From positions 57,978-121,977 of the forward strand of contig NW_004797549.1 in assembly GCF_000002075.1 (NCBI RefSeq): a stretch of 64,000 bases of DNA, written 5' to 3'. Below are positions 62,972 to 64,000 of this stretch, piece by piece (the first letter of the stretch is position 1; each line of letters starts with the position of its first letter). The notes under the pieces are model-generated. The model was not told where the DNA came from, did no database searches, and was given only the letters and a program-made list of their open reading frames with translations. This stretch comes from Aplysia californica (lineage: Eukaryota). The translations under genes and the position numbers were made by a program.

Positions 62972-64000
62972 CTAAGAAAAAAAAGATAAAAACAATTTAT
63001 ATGTACAAGAACAAAACAATTTACATGTTAAGTTCACAATAAGAAGATATGCCACACACAGCATAACACAGCCTGTGTGATAAGACTGGCTAACCAACAA
63101 AATCTTTCTTTTTTTCGTGTGTGTACTCAATAAATCCGTTGTAAGTTATTCATTTCATCCACACCATCAAAGACATGTCTGAATTTTTACTAGAAATGCC
63201 CTAGAATGAGCATAATATTGTTCAATGTTTACTCTCTGCCCTGACTGACAGATTCCAAGAATGTGATCGTATGTAATTTTGCAGAAAACGGAAATTCCGC
63301 AACACCTCGTGTCCTGTCATCATTTGTTATGTTCGTAAAAAAAAAACAATTTTAAAAAATGAGAAATAATAGGGTTGGAGTAAAGTGCACTGTTCCTGTC
63401 GATCCATTCAAAGTGTACTGTTGTGCCAAGTTAGACGGCGAGAAGAATAACGATAGATGAGACAAATCCATTTAAGTCTTCCTGTGTCGTCATCAAATCT
63501 TAACATGTAATGTTAGAAAATTTAAACAAGTAATGGTTAACATCGCACTGCGTTCAAATGGTCAAGTAGAGGTAGATCTACATGCAACCACGAGTGCTTG
63601 GCTAGATGTCAAAGAGAGGGGAAAATTTGATGTAAATTGATCATATGTTCCAGAACGACGACAAACATTTATCCACTATGTGTCATCGTGCTTATGTACG
63701 AAAGATATCTGGTATTTTGAACCACTAGCATGCATCATGAGTCAAACTGAACCTCCTGAATCTTTGTTTGCCAAAATTTGCAAAAAAAATGAATTAAAAT
63801 ATGAAAATGGAAAGTTTTTCATATCTTTTCATTTCTTTCGGATATACCTATGATGACACAAATGCAAACAGTAAGACGTTCAGAATTTATTTTTTTTTGT
63901 TGTGATTTTATATGCTCTAAACACACATATGACATATGTATCTTCTCACTCAACAACCAGAAAAAGTAGGGCTAATTCCTAAAGTCTACACAGACACACA

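Overview
AT-rich, intron-containing animal DNA, probably a marine invertebrate such as a gastropod mollusc (inferred from the repeat landscape), with three N gaps. Most listed ORFs are spurious. Manual exon stitching (GT-AG, consistent phases) supports four host genes: (1) the 3' end of a TMEM241/SLC35-like membrane protein (+, to 4634); (2) a complete EBAG9/RCAS1 (-, 248 aa); (3) a complete LKAAEAR1 (+, 175 aa), head-to-head with EBAG9 across a compact promoter with RFX/ETS/YY1-like motifs; (4) the 3' part of an MBOAT1/2-type lysophospholipid acyltransferase (-). The rest is mostly mobile DNA. A ~5.1-kb DNA transposon (19254-24372) encodes a decayed CxxH-type DDE transposase that is split by a hAT MITE with a perfect 8-bp TSD. 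A young RT-RNase H LINE with a 12-bp TSD and a non-RT 79-nt 5' leader sits in EBAG9 intron 1. There are also I/Nimb-like and RTE LINE fragments, pogo and piggyBac remnants, several MITE and SINE families, and a very abundant ~190-bp headless retroelement that shares its 3' end with the I/Nimb-like LINE. No novel system can be established from sequence alone. The best leads are the transposon, the LINE/short-element partnership, a duplicated in-frame exon and a possible EBAG9 readthrough extension.
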